Below are positions 26,770-36,706 of a stretch of DNA of 64,000 nucleotides, piece after piece. Each line of letters starts with the position of its first letter. Position 1 is the stretch's first letter. The stretch comes from an uncultured SAR86 cluster bacterium (GTDB lineage Bacteria > Pseudomonadota > Gammaproteobacteria > Magnimaribacterales > D2472). Location of the stretch: positions 346,522-410,521 of the forward strand of contig CACKRJ010000001.1 in the NCBI GenBank assembly GCA_902602595.1. Reading direction: 5' to 3'. Both the position numbers and the translations under genes were made by a program. The notes below the pieces were generated by a model. The model was not told where the DNA came from. It did no database searches and worked only from the letters and a program-made list of their open reading frames with translations.

Positions 26770-28391
26770 TAGCTTTTTTCTAATCTTGATGTCCTGATCA
26801 TTTTTGAGATAAAGAAAATCGGTATTAATCCAATCAATATTATCGCAGTTGCTGGGGCTGCTGCCTCAACCATTCTTTCTTCAGAAGCATAAATATATGT
26901 TGAAACTGCCAAAGTTTCAAAATTAAAAGGCCTCAAAATTAAGGTGGCTGGCAATTCTTTTACTACTTCAGAGGTTACTAAAAGGATGCTTGTAAAAAAA
27001 CTTGTTTTCAATATAGGGAAGTGGACCCTAAAAAGAAGGTTTAAACCCTTCGATTTTAGAACACGCGCACTATCATCAATTGCTTGACTAATTTTTTGAT
27101 AGCCAGCCTCATAAGTTGAGTTGGCCAAAGCATATGATTTGATGATGTATGCAAAGATTAAGCCAAATAAGCTACCGGTAAGGAAATATCCCTCAAATGA
27201 ATTCAAGATATTATTGTCTAAAAATACAAATAATTGAACAATTCCAACTGCAAGAATCAAGCCTGGAACAGCATAGCCAATGTTTAAAAAAGGGTTAATA
27301 GATTTAATTACAGAACTATTCTTATATCTAATTGAAAAATTAATAATCATTGCAATAAAAGTACACAGAATTGCCGAGAGAATTGATAATAAAATTGTGT
27401 TCAATGATATTGAAAAAAATTGTTCATTAAAAAAGCTTGTGTTAAATCTTAATGACCAATTTAAAATCTCAAGTATAGGCAAGATAAAACCAATAAATAT
27501 TGGAATAAAACATATAAAAAAGCATACAGAGGATCCAATTGAACTTAATCTTTTCACCTGTGTTGGTTTAAAATTTGATCCAATGGTGGAATAGTTAGCA
27601 TTTTTTCTAGATGTGCGCTCCATAATTAGGCAAAAAGTGATAAATATTAACAACATTGATGAAAGCTGCATTGCTGTTGTTAAATCATACATTCCATACC
27701 AGGTTCTAAAAATACCAGTTGTAAATGTTGAAATAGCGAAGTGATCAACTGCGCCGAAATCAGACAAAGTTTCCATAGCTACAATCATTGTGCCTGCAAT
27801 TAAGGCAGGCCTTACTAAGGGAAGAGCGAGTTTTAAAAAAATTGAAACTTGAGATAAGCCCAATGTTCTGCCAACTTCAAACATGGATCTTGATTGATTG
27901 AGAAAAGCAGTTCGACAAATTAAGTATACATATGGATAGAGAGTGAAAGAGAAAACTATAATTGCGCCATAGATATTTCTAATATTAGGAAATAGCATTT
28001 CATTTTGTTGTAAATTAAATAATGACCTAGCAATTTCATTCATTGTTCCATATGAATCAAATAATCCAGTAAAGGTGTAGGCCAATATATAAGGTGGTAT
28101 TGCCAATGGTAATATAAGACCCCATTCGAAAAATCGTTTTCCAAAGAATTGATAGTTTGTTACTAACCATGCCGTCAAAGAGCCAATGATCATAACTAGT
28201 AAAGAAACCCCTGATACCAAAAAAAGTGAATTTAGAATGTAGTCAGCTAAGACATATTCATATATGTGGCTCCAGTTTTCAGAGTAATCAGCGAATACAC
28301 TTGATAAGATGATAAGAATTGGGGAAAGGAAAAACAAAAGGGTAAAAAGCGTAATACCATGCCAAACAGAAAAAATTTTTGAAGACCGCAC
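26769..28391 (-). CDS. ABC transporter permease with two fused permease halves (FbpB/AfuB-type)
   Basis: 540 aa with about 12 TM helices and two repeats of the ABC-permease EAA-loop architecture. Confidence 0.8.
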   Translation of the reverse strand: MRSSKIFSVWHGITLFTLLFFLSPILIILSSVFADYSENWSHIYEYVLADYILNSLFLVSGVSLLVMIIGSLTAWLVTNYQFFGKRFFEWGLILPLAIPPYILAYTFTGLFDSYGTMNEIARSLFNLQQNEMLFPNIRNIYGAIIVFSFTLYPYVYLICRTAFLNQSRSMFEVGRTLGLSQVSIFLKLALPLVRPALIAGTMIVAMETLSDFGAVDHFAISTFTTGIFRTWYGMYDLTTAMQLSSMLLIFITFCLIMERTSRKNANYSTIGSNFKPTQVKRLSSIGSSVCFFICFIPIFIGFILPILEILNWSLRFNTSFFNEQFFSISLNTILLSILSAILCTFIAMIINFSIRYKNSSVIKSINPFLNIGYAVPGLILAVGIVQLFVFLDNNILNSFEGYFLTGSLFGLIFAYIIKSYALANSTYEAGYQKISQAIDDSARVLKSKGLNLLFRVHFPILKTSFFTSILLVTSEVVKELPATLILRPFNFETLAVSTYIYASEERMVEAAAPATAIILIGLIPIFFISKMIRTSRLEKS

Positions 28392-28437
28392 TTTATAAAA
28401 CTGAGTTTAGTTAATAAATGAGGTTATCATAGTATTG

Positions 28438-29457
28438 TTATTTCCAGCCAGCTCTGTCCATAAGTTTTATAGCTTCTGAATTAAACTTTCCATATTCTGA
28501 AACCTGTATTTTGTTCTCTAGAAAATCTAAGCCTGAGCTGGCTATATGGGGATGAGGCAATACATCACTTAGAACAGGATATTCAAATGAATTATTTACC
28601 ATGCTTGATTGCATTTCTCTTGAAAGCAAAAACTCAATAAATCTGTTTGCATTATCAATGTTTTTAGCATTTTTGAGAACTCCCAGCCCGCTGATATTTA
28701 TGTGGACTCCCCTATTGCTTTGATTAGGAAAAAACATTTTTACTTTTTTGGCCGCCTTAACCTGATCATTTCCTGCTTTTCCGGACAACATGTACCCATA
28801 ATAGTAACTATTTGCGATTGCAAGGTCAGCCACCCCATTAGCAACAGCCATAATCTGCGATCTATCGTTCCCTTGAGGTTTTCTTGCGAAATTAGAGACA
28901 AAACCTTTAGCCCATTCTTCTGTTTTTTCAATGCCGTGAGTTGATATTAATGATGCAACCAGTGATTGATTGTAAATATTATTAGAGCTTCTAATAACAA
29001 CTCTATCATCCCATTCTTTGTTTGCTAGATCCTCATAATTAAGACCTGCAAGCTCTTCATTCGAAACAGTTTTCGGATTATAAAAAATTACCCTTGCTCT
29101 TTTAGCAATTGCAATCCATTCATTATTAGGGCCTCTTAAGTTTATTGGAACTATTGAAAGAACTTTTGCTGATGAAATACTTTGAAAATATCCTTCTTTT
29201 TGAATTTTCCACAAATTACCAGCATCAACAGTAAAGAAAATGTCAGCTGGAGAGTTTTTTCCCTCAGACTTTAATCTTTCGAGCAAGGCATTGCCATTAC
29301 CAGAAATAACATTAATTTTTATTCCTGTTTGCTTACGAAAATCCTCATATAGCTGATCATCAGAGTCATAATGTCTAGAGGTATATATGTTGACTTCATT
29401 AGCAAATGATAAAGAGCTAATAAACATAAATATGATGGGGAATAAAGATTTAAACAT
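28438..29457 (-). CDS. Periplasmic Fe(III)-type ABC substrate-binding protein
   Basis: Signal peptide, then NEVNIYTSRHYDSDDQLYEDFRKQTGIKINVISG...EGKNSPADIFFTVDAG, typical of ferric-ion SBPs. The ATG at 29457 with an upstream GAGG is preferred over the TTG at 29478. Confidence 0.8.
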   Translation of the reverse strand: MFKSLFPIIFMFISSLSFANEVNIYTSRHYDSDDQLYEDFRKQTGIKINVISGNGNALLERLKSEGKNSPADIFFTVDAGNLWKIQKEGYFQSISSAKVLSIVPINLRGPNNEWIAIAKRARVIFYNPKTVSNEELAGLNYEDLANKEWDDRVVIRSSNNIYNQSLVASLISTHGIEKTEEWAKGFVSNFARKPQGNDRSQIMAVANGVADLAIANSYYYGYMLSGKAGNDQVKAAKKVKMFFPNQSNRGVHINISGLGVLKNAKNIDNANRFIEFLLSREMQSSMVNNSFEYPVLSDVLPHPHIASSGLDFLENKIQVSEYGKFNSEAIKLMDRAGWK

Positions 29458-29480
29458 TGATAACCTCGTAATTGTCAACT

Positions 29481-29499
29481 GAGAATGATTCTCATTTGG
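29481..29499 (-). promoter_or_regulatory. Fur box
   Basis: GAGAATGATTCTCATTTGG matches the 19-bp consensus GATAATGATAATCATTATC at 13/19 positions and contains the palindrome GAGAATgATTCTC. It lies immediately downstream of the predicted -10. Confidence 0.65.
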
Positions 29500-29527
29500 A
29501 TTATATACAAAGAAAAACTCTTTTCAA
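29500..29527 (-). promoter_or_regulatory. Sigma-70 promoter of the Fe(III) ABC operon
   Basis: On the minus strand: TTGAAA-N16-TATAAT (ttgaaaagagtttttctttgtatataat). Confidence 0.55.
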
Positions 29528-29580
29528 ATTAACTGAGTGGACTTAGATGTTAGTATGCATTGGTATAATGAATAATATCA

Positions 29581-30648
29581 ATGAATAAAACACCACTTCA
29601 TAATGCCCATGTTCAACTTGGTGCTAAAATGGTGAACTTTTCTGATTGGGAAATGCCAATTAGTTATTCATCTCTTATTAATGAGCATCATGCGGTAAGA
29701 AATGCAGCGGGGATTTTTGATGTGTCTCACATGTCAGTATTTGATTTTGATGAAGGAAATCAAATCGCCTTCTTTGAAAAAATTTTTGCCAATGACATTA
29801 AAAAAATCTCTAAAGTGAACAAAGCAATTTATGGTGCTTTACTAAATGAAGAAGGTGGCATTTTGGATGACCTCATCATCTACCATGCAAACGATAAATT
29901 TAGGCTGGTTTCGAATTGTTCAACGCAAGATCAAAACAGGCAGTGGTTCGAAAAGCATGCAGTTGAATTTGGGGTCAAGGTAATTGAAAGATCTGATATG
30001 GGCATACTAGCTATTCAAGGTCCTGATGCACTCAATAAAGTTTTAGAAATTAAAGATATTGATGCTCAAGTAAATACCCTTCAATCATTTGGATGCATGT
30101 TTGAGGGCGATAAATTGTATGCAAGAACTGGTTACACCGGCGAAGATGGCCTGGAAGTAATTGTTCCAACTCAAGATATTAATCACTTATGGGAACAATT
30201 ATTACAACTGGGATGCACGCCTATTGGTTTGGGAGCTCGTGATACCCTTCGACTTGAGGCAGGTCTAAATTTATATGGTAATGATATGACAATCAATAAC
30301 CACCCATATGAATCAAATTTGGGATGGACCATTGATATGAGTGATGAAAATCGTGAATTCATTGGCAAAGATGCCCTCCTATCAATTGATCAAACTAAAT
30401 CACAAAAAATAGTTGGTATTATTCTTCAAGACAAAGGAGTCCTTAGACCTGGTTATGAGATAACCCATGAAAAAGGAAAAGGTGTGGTGTTAAGTGGCTC
30501 ATATTCTCCCACACTACAATCTAGTATTGGTCTTGCAAGAGTAGATCAGGGTTATAAAGAAAATGGCAAGGTCATGATAAGAAATAAGGTATTAAATATT
30601 GATTTTGTATCGCCTAGATTCCTAGGACAAGGTAAAATCTCCTCATGA
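29581..30648 (+). CDS. gcvT: Glycine cleavage system aminomethyltransferase T
   Basis: [35 protein letters not shown] and [12 protein letters not shown]. Confidence 0.95.
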   Translation: MNKTPLHNAHVQLGAKMVNFSDWEMPISYSSLINEHHAVRNAAGIFDVSHMSVFDFDEGNQIAFFEKIFANDIKKISKVNKAIYGALLNEEGGILDDLIIYHANDKFRLVSNCSTQDQNRQWFEKHAVEFGVKVIERSDMGILAIQGPDALNKVLEIKDIDAQVNTLQSFGCMFEGDKLYARTGYTGEDGLEVIVPTQDINHLWEQLLQLGCTPIGLGARDTLRLEAGLNLYGNDMTINNHPYESNLGWTIDMSDENREFIGKDALLSIDQTKSQKIVGIILQDKGVLRPGYEITHEKGKGVVLSGSYSPTLQSSIGLARVDQGYKENGKVMIRNKVLNIDFVSPRFLGQGKISS

Positions 30649-31031
30649 GTGATATACCCGGCGATTTAAAATTCCTTTCCTCTCATGAATGGGCGAGAGT
30701 AGAATCAGACGGCACCATTACAATTGGTATCAGTGATCATGCTCAAGACCTTTTGGGTGATATTGTCTTTGTTGAGTTGCCTGAAGTTGGGCAATTCGTG
30801 GATGCTGAAAATGATACTGCCATAGTTGAATCTGTTAAAGCTGCTTCAGATATCTACTCACCTCTTTCAGGTGAAGTCATAGAAGTAAACTCCCATTTAG
30901 AAAATCAACCAGAAATAATAAATTCTTCTCCGTATGAAGATGGATGGTTCTTTAAGCTCACTCCCTCTGATATGGGTGAGTTAGATAATTTGCTATCTCC
31001 TGAAGATTACAGTGACATCTGCGAAGACTAA
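30645..31031 (+). CDS. gcvH: Glycine cleavage system H protein
   Basis: SHEWARVE, and the lipoyl-lysine motif [12 protein letters not shown]. Confidence 0.95.
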   Translation: MSDIPGDLKFLSSHEWARVESDGTITIGISDHAQDLLGDIVFVELPEVGQFVDAENDTAIVESVKAASDIYSPLSGEVIEVNSHLENQPEIINSSPYEDGWFFKLTPSDMGELDNLLSPEDYSDICED

Positions 31032-31090
31032 CTACAAACCAAGAAAGCTTGATGAGTGGAAGGACGCACTCATTGAAATAAAAAATAATA

Positions 31091-33940
31091 ATGGAAAATT
31101 TTGATAGCTTTGCACTAAGGCATATTGGTTTAAGCCAGTCAGATATTGACCTTCTGCTGAGTCAGCTTGGGTACAAGGACTTGGAAGAGTTCTCAAAATC
31201 TGTGATACCTAAAAACATCCTTATTGAAAAAAAGCTTGGCCTTGGTGATGCCATGTCTGAAGAAGATGCGCTAAAAGCGCTAAAAGAAATATCAAAAAAA
31301 AATATTCTGTATCGATCATTCATTGGTCAAGGCTACTATGGAACAGCTACGCCAAAAGTTATTTTAAGAAATGTTTTTGAAAATCCAGGATGGTACACCT
31401 CCTATACCCCCTATCAAGCAGAAATCTCTCAAGGCAGGTTAGAAGCGCTCATCAATTTTCAAACCATGGTTGGAGATCTCACGGGGTTTGAAATAGCTAA
31501 TGCATCTCTGCTTGATGAGGCCACTGCAGCAGCGGAGTCAATGACTTTGGCTCACAGGGTTGGTAAATCTAAATCCCAAAAAATTTTTATAGATCAAAAC
31601 TGTTTTCCCCAAACAATCTCTGTGGTATCAGCCAGAGCCAAGCCGATTGGCATTGAGGTAACGGTAGGTGATCCAAAGCAATTAACTGATTTAAAAGAAG
31701 AAACATATTTTGTAGCTTTGCTTCAATATCCTGGCAATGATGGATCAGTCACTGACTTCTCGCAAGAAATTGTAAGTATGCATGCACAAAATGGTCTAGT
31801 GATCATGGCAACAGACTTGTTGGCTCTAACATTGCTAAAAAGCCCAGGTGAGATGGGTGCTGATATAGCAATAGGAAGCTCGCAAAGATTTGGAGTGCCT
31901 CTTGGCTTTGGTGGACCGCATGCAGCATTTATTGCTACCAAAGAAAAATATAAAAGATCCTTGCCTGGAAGATTGGTTGGAGCATCAATTGATGAGAGCG
32001 GCAAAACAGCATATAGATTAGCTTTACAAACTAGAGAACAGCACATAAGAAGAGAGAAAGCCACAAGTAATATATGTACTGCCCAAGCGCTCTTAGCGAT
32101 CATGGCAGGTTTTTATGCTGCATACCATGGCCCAGCAGGATTAAAACAAATCGCTCAGTCTGTTCGCTCAAAAGCAACTGCCTTGGCAAAAGGAATTAAT
32201 GAACTTGGGTATGATCTCAAGTCTTGTAGTTTTTTTGATACTGTAACTATCCATACCGAATCTGAGACTCAGGAAATTTTTTCAACTGCTCAGGATCAAC
32301 TTATGAATCTTAGAATGCTGGATGCAAATCATATAAGTATCTCATTGGACGAAACAACGACAGACCAAGAGATCGAAAACATAAAAAAACTTTTTAAAGA
32401 CTTGTCGAAAAAAGAAAAGGTTGTTTTAAGCTTTGAGCTGCCAATCGATATCATTAGATCATCTGAATATCTTACTCATCCAGTTTTTCACCTGTATCGA
32501 ACTGAAACAGAAATGCTGAGGTATATCAGAAAACTCTGTGATAAAGATATTGCTCTGGATCGAGCAATGATTCCATTAGGTTCATGCACCATGAAATTAA
32601 ATTCTTCATCTGAAATGATCCCTGTTGGATGGGAAGAATTCTCAAACATTCATCCCTATGCTCCTGATGATCAAACAGCTGGTTATAAAATTTTAATGAA
32701 TGATCTTGAGGCTAAGCTCTCTAAGATAACGGGTTATTCAGCTGTATCTTTACAACCAAATGCTGGCTCTCAAGGAGAATATGCTGGTTTATTGGCAATC
32801 GATGCATTCCATCGCAGTAATGGCGATCAGCAAAGAAAGATATGTTTAATTCCTGAATCAGCCCATGGAACAAATCCTGCGTCAGCGCAAATGGCTGGCA
32901 TGAAAGTTGTGCCAATAAGATGTGATAAAAAAGGAAATATTGATTTAGAGGATCTAGATGAAAAAGCTTCTCAGCATTCTAATGAGTTAGCTGCCATTAT
33001 GATTACCTATCCTTCAACACATGGAGTCTTTGAGACAACCGTAACCGAAGTATGCAAGATCATTCATGATCACGGTGGGAAAGTTTATATCGATGGCGCC
33101 AACCTGAATGCAATGGTTGGTTTATGTAAACCGGGTGAGTTTGGGGGCGATGTATCCCATCTTAATCTGCATAAGACATTCTGCATTCCTCATGGTGGCG
33201 GTGGACCAGGTGTTGGCCCAATTGGAGTTGTAAAAGATTTAGCGCCTCATTTACCATCCGATCCTTTGGCATATGAACCCTCATCAAAGAATGTTGGGCC
33301 AATCTCAGCAACTAATTTCGGAAGTGCTTCTATTCTTCCAATCAGCTGGATGTATATTCAAATGATGGGAGCATCAGACCTAAGAAAGGCAACACAGGTA
33401 GCGATTCTTAGTGCAAATTATATTGCGCAAAAATTGAGTCCTCACTTCAAGATTTTATATACAGGTAAAAATGGCTTAATTGCGCATGAATGTATTATTG
33501 ATATCAGGCCATTAAAAGAGCTATGCGGGGTAGAGGTTGATGATATTGCAAAGCGATTAATAGATTTTGGGTTTCATGCTCCCACTATGTCATTTCCAGT
33601 TCCTGGAACTTTAATGATTGAGCCAACTGAAAGTGAATCGTTGACCGAGTTAGACAGATTTATTGAAGCAATGATTTGTATTCGTCATGAAATCGCACAT
33701 GTTGAAGATGGGACATACTCTATTGAGGAAAGCCCTCTAAGAAACGCTCCCCATTGTGCTGAAAAAGTAACCAAGGATAACTGGCAACATAAATATTCCC
33801 GTTCTGTGGCTGCTTATCCTGTGGATCTAAAGGGTAGAAATAAATATTGGCCTCCGATAGGAAGAGTCAACAATGTCTATGGAGACATGAACCTAATGTG
33901 CTCTTGTCCCTCCATGTCAGATTACCAAGAGGAAAGCTAA
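31091..33940 (+). CDS. gcvP: Glycine dehydrogenase (decarboxylating), P protein
   Basis: 949 aa with YTPYQAEISQGRLEAL and HLNLHKTFCIPHGGGGPG (PLP lysine). Confidence 0.97.
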   Translation: MENFDSFALRHIGLSQSDIDLLLSQLGYKDLEEFSKSVIPKNILIEKKLGLGDAMSEEDALKALKEISKKNILYRSFIGQGYYGTATPKVILRNVFENPGWYTSYTPYQAEISQGRLEALINFQTMVGDLTGFEIANASLLDEATAAAESMTLAHRVGKSKSQKIFIDQNCFPQTISVVSARAKPIGIEVTVGDPKQLTDLKEETYFVALLQYPGNDGSVTDFSQEIVSMHAQNGLVIMATDLLALTLLKSPGEMGADIAIGSSQRFGVPLGFGGPHAAFIATKEKYKRSLPGRLVGASIDESGKTAYRLALQTREQHIRREKATSNICTAQALLAIMAGFYAAYHGPAGLKQIAQSVRSKATALAKGINELGYDLKSCSFFDTVTIHTESETQEIFSTAQDQLMNLRMLDANHISISLDETTTDQEIENIKKLFKDLSKKEKVVLSFELPIDIIRSSEYLTHPVFHLYRTETEMLRYIRKLCDKDIALDRAMIPLGSCTMKLNSSSEMIPVGWEEFSNIHPYAPDDQTAGYKILMNDLEAKLSKITGYSAVSLQPNAGSQGEYAGLLAIDAFHRSNGDQQRKICLIPESAHGTNPASAQMAGMKVVPIRCDKKGNIDLEDLDEKASQHSNELAAIMITYPSTHGVFETTVTEVCKIIHDHGGKVYIDGANLNAMVGLCKPGEFGGDVSHLNLHKTFCIPHGGGGPGVGPIGVVKDLAPHLPSDPLAYEPSSKNVGPISATNFGSASILPISWMYIQMMGASDLRKATQVAILSANYIAQKLSPHFKILYTGKNGLIAHECIIDIRPLKELCGVEVDDIAKRLIDFGFHAPTMSFPVPGTLMIEPTESESLTELDRFIEAMICIRHEIAHVEDGTYSIEESPLRNAPHCAEKVTKDNWQHKYSRSVAAYPVDLKGRNKYWPPIGRVNNVYGDMNLMCSCPSMSDYQEES

Positions 33941-34605
33941 ATTATCGGCAAATAAATTACTTCCCAGCCCCTCTCATTAGAGATTGCCTCAAGCTTTATA
34001 TCTGGGTTTACAGCCTTTGGAAATTCAACAGCTTCCATTAAAGGTAAGTCATTGATAGAGTCTGAATAAAATGTCACTCCAGAAAAATTATCGTATTGAT
34101 GGCCTTGCATCCAGTTTTCTACTAATTTTAATTTCCCTTCCCCCAGTGCTGATGGAGGGATAAACTTACCTGTGCATTTCTTCTCTTTAAATTCAACTTT
34201 AGTACCTATAACATGTTTAATATCGAGTCTTTGAGCTATTGGCTTCACAATTAACTCATTGGTAGCACTCGCAAGTAATATTGCATGGCCTTTATCATGA
34301 TGATCATGAATCAATTTAAGAGCAAAAATGTTAATCATGGGCTCAATAATTGTCTCAACAAAAGGTAGTATTATTTCGTTGATCTCATCTTGCGTCTTGC
34401 CCACATAGGGCTTTAAGGCAAAATTCGTGTATTGATTAAAATCTAATTGACCCTGTTGATAATCTTTGATGAATTCATCATTTTTTAACTTGGCCGCTTC
34501 ATCAAGCATATTTATTTCTACCAAGTAATTAATCATCGAATAATCTGAATCACCGTTTAGAATGGTATTATCTAAATCGAAAATTGCTAATTCAGAATTG
34601 CTCAT
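33937..34605 (-). CDS. HAD-IB family hydrolase (SerB/phosphatase-like)
   Basis: Motif I FDLDNTIL, SASTNELV, and motif IV YSDSINDLPLM. Confidence 0.75.
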   Translation of the reverse strand: MSNSELAIFDLDNTILNGDSDYSMINYLVEINMLDEAAKLKNDEFIKDYQQGQLDFNQYTNFALKPYVGKTQDEINEIILPFVETIIEPMINIFALKLIHDHHDKGHAILLASATNELIVKPIAQRLDIKHVIGTKVEFKEKKCTGKFIPPSALGEGKLKLVENWMQGHQYDNFSGVTFYSDSINDLPLMEAVEFPKAVNPDIKLEAISNERGWEVIYLPII

Positions 34606-34621
34606 AAGGAGTTAATCTAAC

Positions 34622-35104
34622 ATGAATGATAAATCTTACAGAAAAAATGTTGGCTTAATTATCTTAGATCAAAAGAATCAATTGCTGATCTGCAGAAGAA
34701 AAGGGAAAAAAACCTGGCAATTCCCTCAAGGTGGAATTGATGCTGGCGAATCTCAGATCCAGGCTGCATACAGAGAACTATTTGAAGAGGTGGGCATCAA
34801 GAAAAAGCAAGTTAAGGTTGTAAAAAAGAGCAGTCATTGGTATCACTATGACTTACCTGAGAAGTATCAACCAAGACCTAAGAGTTTAAAAAATTTTAAA
34901 GGTCAAATTCAAAAGTGGTATATGTTTAAAGCTATCGAAGAACTAGAAATAAACCTCCTAAATGAAATGCCCCAAGAATTTGTGGAGTATAAATGGTCCA
35001 CCTATTGGCATTCTTTAGCCAGCGTTGTTCCATTTAAAAGAGATGTTTATAGAAACGTCTTATCTGAGTTCCTGCCTAAATACATTCAACTGCATAATGA
35101 TTGA
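34622..35104 (+). CDS. rppH: RNA pyrophosphohydrolase
   Basis: YRKNVGLII, Nudix box WQFPQGGIDAGESQIQAAYRELFEEVG, and VVPFKRDVYRNVL. It aligns with E. coli RppH. Confidence 0.92.
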   Translation: MNDKSYRKNVGLIILDQKNQLLICRRKGKKTWQFPQGGIDAGESQIQAAYRELFEEVGIKKKQVKVVKKSSHWYHYDLPEKYQPRPKSLKNFKGQIQKWYMFKAIEELEINLLNEMPQEFVEYKWSTYWHSLASVVPFKRDVYRNVLSEFLPKYIQLHND

Positions 35105-35903
35105 AATTTTAATCTACCTTTTGCTTGGAGCATGCACGGGTTTGCTTGCCGGTATGTTTGGAATTGGTGGGGGCAGTATACTAGTCCCATCCCTTATTTT
35201 TATTTTTTATGGCATGGGTTTTGACAGTTCCATTGTCGTGCTCATGGCTATAGGTACATCTTTGGCAAGCATACTTTTTTCTGCTATTTCCTCCGCCCTC
35301 TCTCATCACAATAAAAAAAGTGTGCAGTGGTCATTGGTTATACCCTTATCAATGGGTATGATTTTAGGTGCATTAGTCGGAGCTGGATATGCAGCAACTC
35401 TTTCAAACAATAATTTGAAATGGATTATTACAATTTTCTTGATTGTTATTGGTATAGAAATGATTTCAGGTTTTACACAAGCCCTTGCAAAGAAAGACAA
35501 AGGTATGATCTCGCTAGCCAAACCTTTTGTTCCATTGCATGGATCTTGGATAGGATTTCTATCTTCAATCATTGGTATAGGAGGCGGCTCATTTACAACT
35601 CCGTTAATGATTGCTGGAGGCTATAATATTCGCAGAGGAATTGGAACTGCTGCAGCTTGTGGAGTTCCAATTGCCGCTGCAGGAGCAATTGGATATATGC
35701 ATTATGGAGAAACAGCTAATGCAAATCTACCCACTGGAGCTGTTGGGTATGTTTTTTGGCCAGCCGTTATATCCATTTCATTGGCTAGTATTTTTACAGC
35801 TAAGCTTGGGGCTAATATTAGTCACTCCATCTCTGAAAAAGCACTAAAAGTCTCCTTTGGAGTATTTTTAATCATGGTAGGAATCTTGGTGATAGTTAAT
35901 TGA
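35097..35903 (+). CDS. TauE/SafE family anion exporter (YfcA-like permease)
   Basis: Two internal repeats containing GMFGIGGGSILVP and IGIGGGSFTTP. The ATG at 35097 overlaps the rppH 3' end. The track start at 35025 lies inside rppH. Confidence 0.8.
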   Translation: MIEILIYLLLGACTGLLAGMFGIGGGSILVPSLIFIFYGMGFDSSIVVLMAIGTSLASILFSAISSALSHHNKKSVQWSLVIPLSMGMILGALVGAGYAATLSNNNLKWIITIFLIVIGIEMISGFTQALAKKDKGMISLAKPFVPLHGSWIGFLSSIIGIGGGSFTTPLMIAGGYNIRRGIGTAAACGVPIAAAGAIGYMHYGETANANLPTGAVGYVFWPAVISISLASIFTAKLGANISHSISEKALKVSFGVFLIMVGILVIVN

Positions 35904-36706
35904 TTATTGAGCTCTCAGATTTTTTTAATAATCCCAGCTTAATTGAAATTGGCTGGCTCCGAATTCAATATTATGCAGTCACTTGGGTCCTATCAGCAAT
36001 ATTCATTTTTCAATATCTTAAAAATCATCACATCATTGGGGAATTACAATTAACTACTGATCAGGTAAATGACATCGTGTTTTTATATGGGTTAATATTT
36101 GGCGCTATGCTTGGCGGCAGGTTTGGGTATATGTTCTTCTATGGCTTAGATCAACTGGCATCAAATCCACTAAGCTTATTCTTTATATGGGAAGGCGGCC
36201 TAAGCTTTCATGGTGGTTTAATAGGAGTCATTGGTAGTTTATATCTCTACTCTTATCAACATAAAATTTCTTTTCTCAGGCTAGCTGATTCTATTTGTGC
36301 AGCAATGCCCATTGGACTTGGCTTGGTAAGAATTGGAAACTTTTTAAATGGAGAGCTCTATGGCAGACCGACTGATGGAACCTGGGGTTTTATTTTCCCA
36401 ACGGATCCATATGGCTTTACAAGACACCCTTCTCAACTTTATGAAGCATTTTTTGAAGGTTTATTCCTCTTTATTTTTTTACTATATATCAGCACTAAAA
36501 ATAATAAACATGGAGTTATTAGCGGAAGCTTCTTATTGGCCTATGGATTAATTAGATTTTTTATTGAATACTTTAGACAGCCTGATTCTCACATGGGTTT
36601 TGTTGCATTACAATTAAGCATGGGTCAACTTCTTAGCATCCCCATGGTTATAATTGGGCTCATACTACTTACAAAATCATTGAGAAAAAATGAAGCAATA
36701 TCTTGA
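35900..36706 (+). CDS. lgt: Prolipoprotein diacylglyceryl transferase
   Basis: GGLSFHGGLIG, RIGNFLNGELYGRPT and HPSQLYEAFFEG. TTG start. Confidence 0.95.
   Translation: MIIELSDFFNNPSLIEIGWLRIQYYAVTWVLSAIFIFQYLKNHHIIGELQLTTDQVNDIVFLYGLIFGAMLGGRFGYMFFYGLDQLASNPLSLFFIWEGGLSFHGGLIGVIGSLYLYSYQHKISFLRLADSICAAMPIGLGLVRIGNFLNGELYGRPTDGTWGFIFPTDPYGFTRHPSQLYEAFFEGLFLFIFLLYISTKNNKHGVISGSFLLAYGLIRFFIEYFRQPDSHMGFVALQLSMGQLLSIPMVIIGLILLTKSLRKNEAIS

Noticed and set aside
29473-29478. TTGACA hexamer immediately upstream of the iron-SBP coding region, considered as a -35 element
   Set aside because: A -10 placed 17 bp downstream would put the transcription start inside the coding sequence, after the preferred ATG at 29457. 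The TTGAAA-N16-TATAAT promoter further upstream fits better.
31052-31073. Hairpin (ATGAGTG-gaaggacg-CACTCAT) between gcvH and gcvP
   Set aside because: The stem is only 7 bp, it is AT-rich and no U-tract follows. It is too weak to call a terminator or attenuator without expression data.
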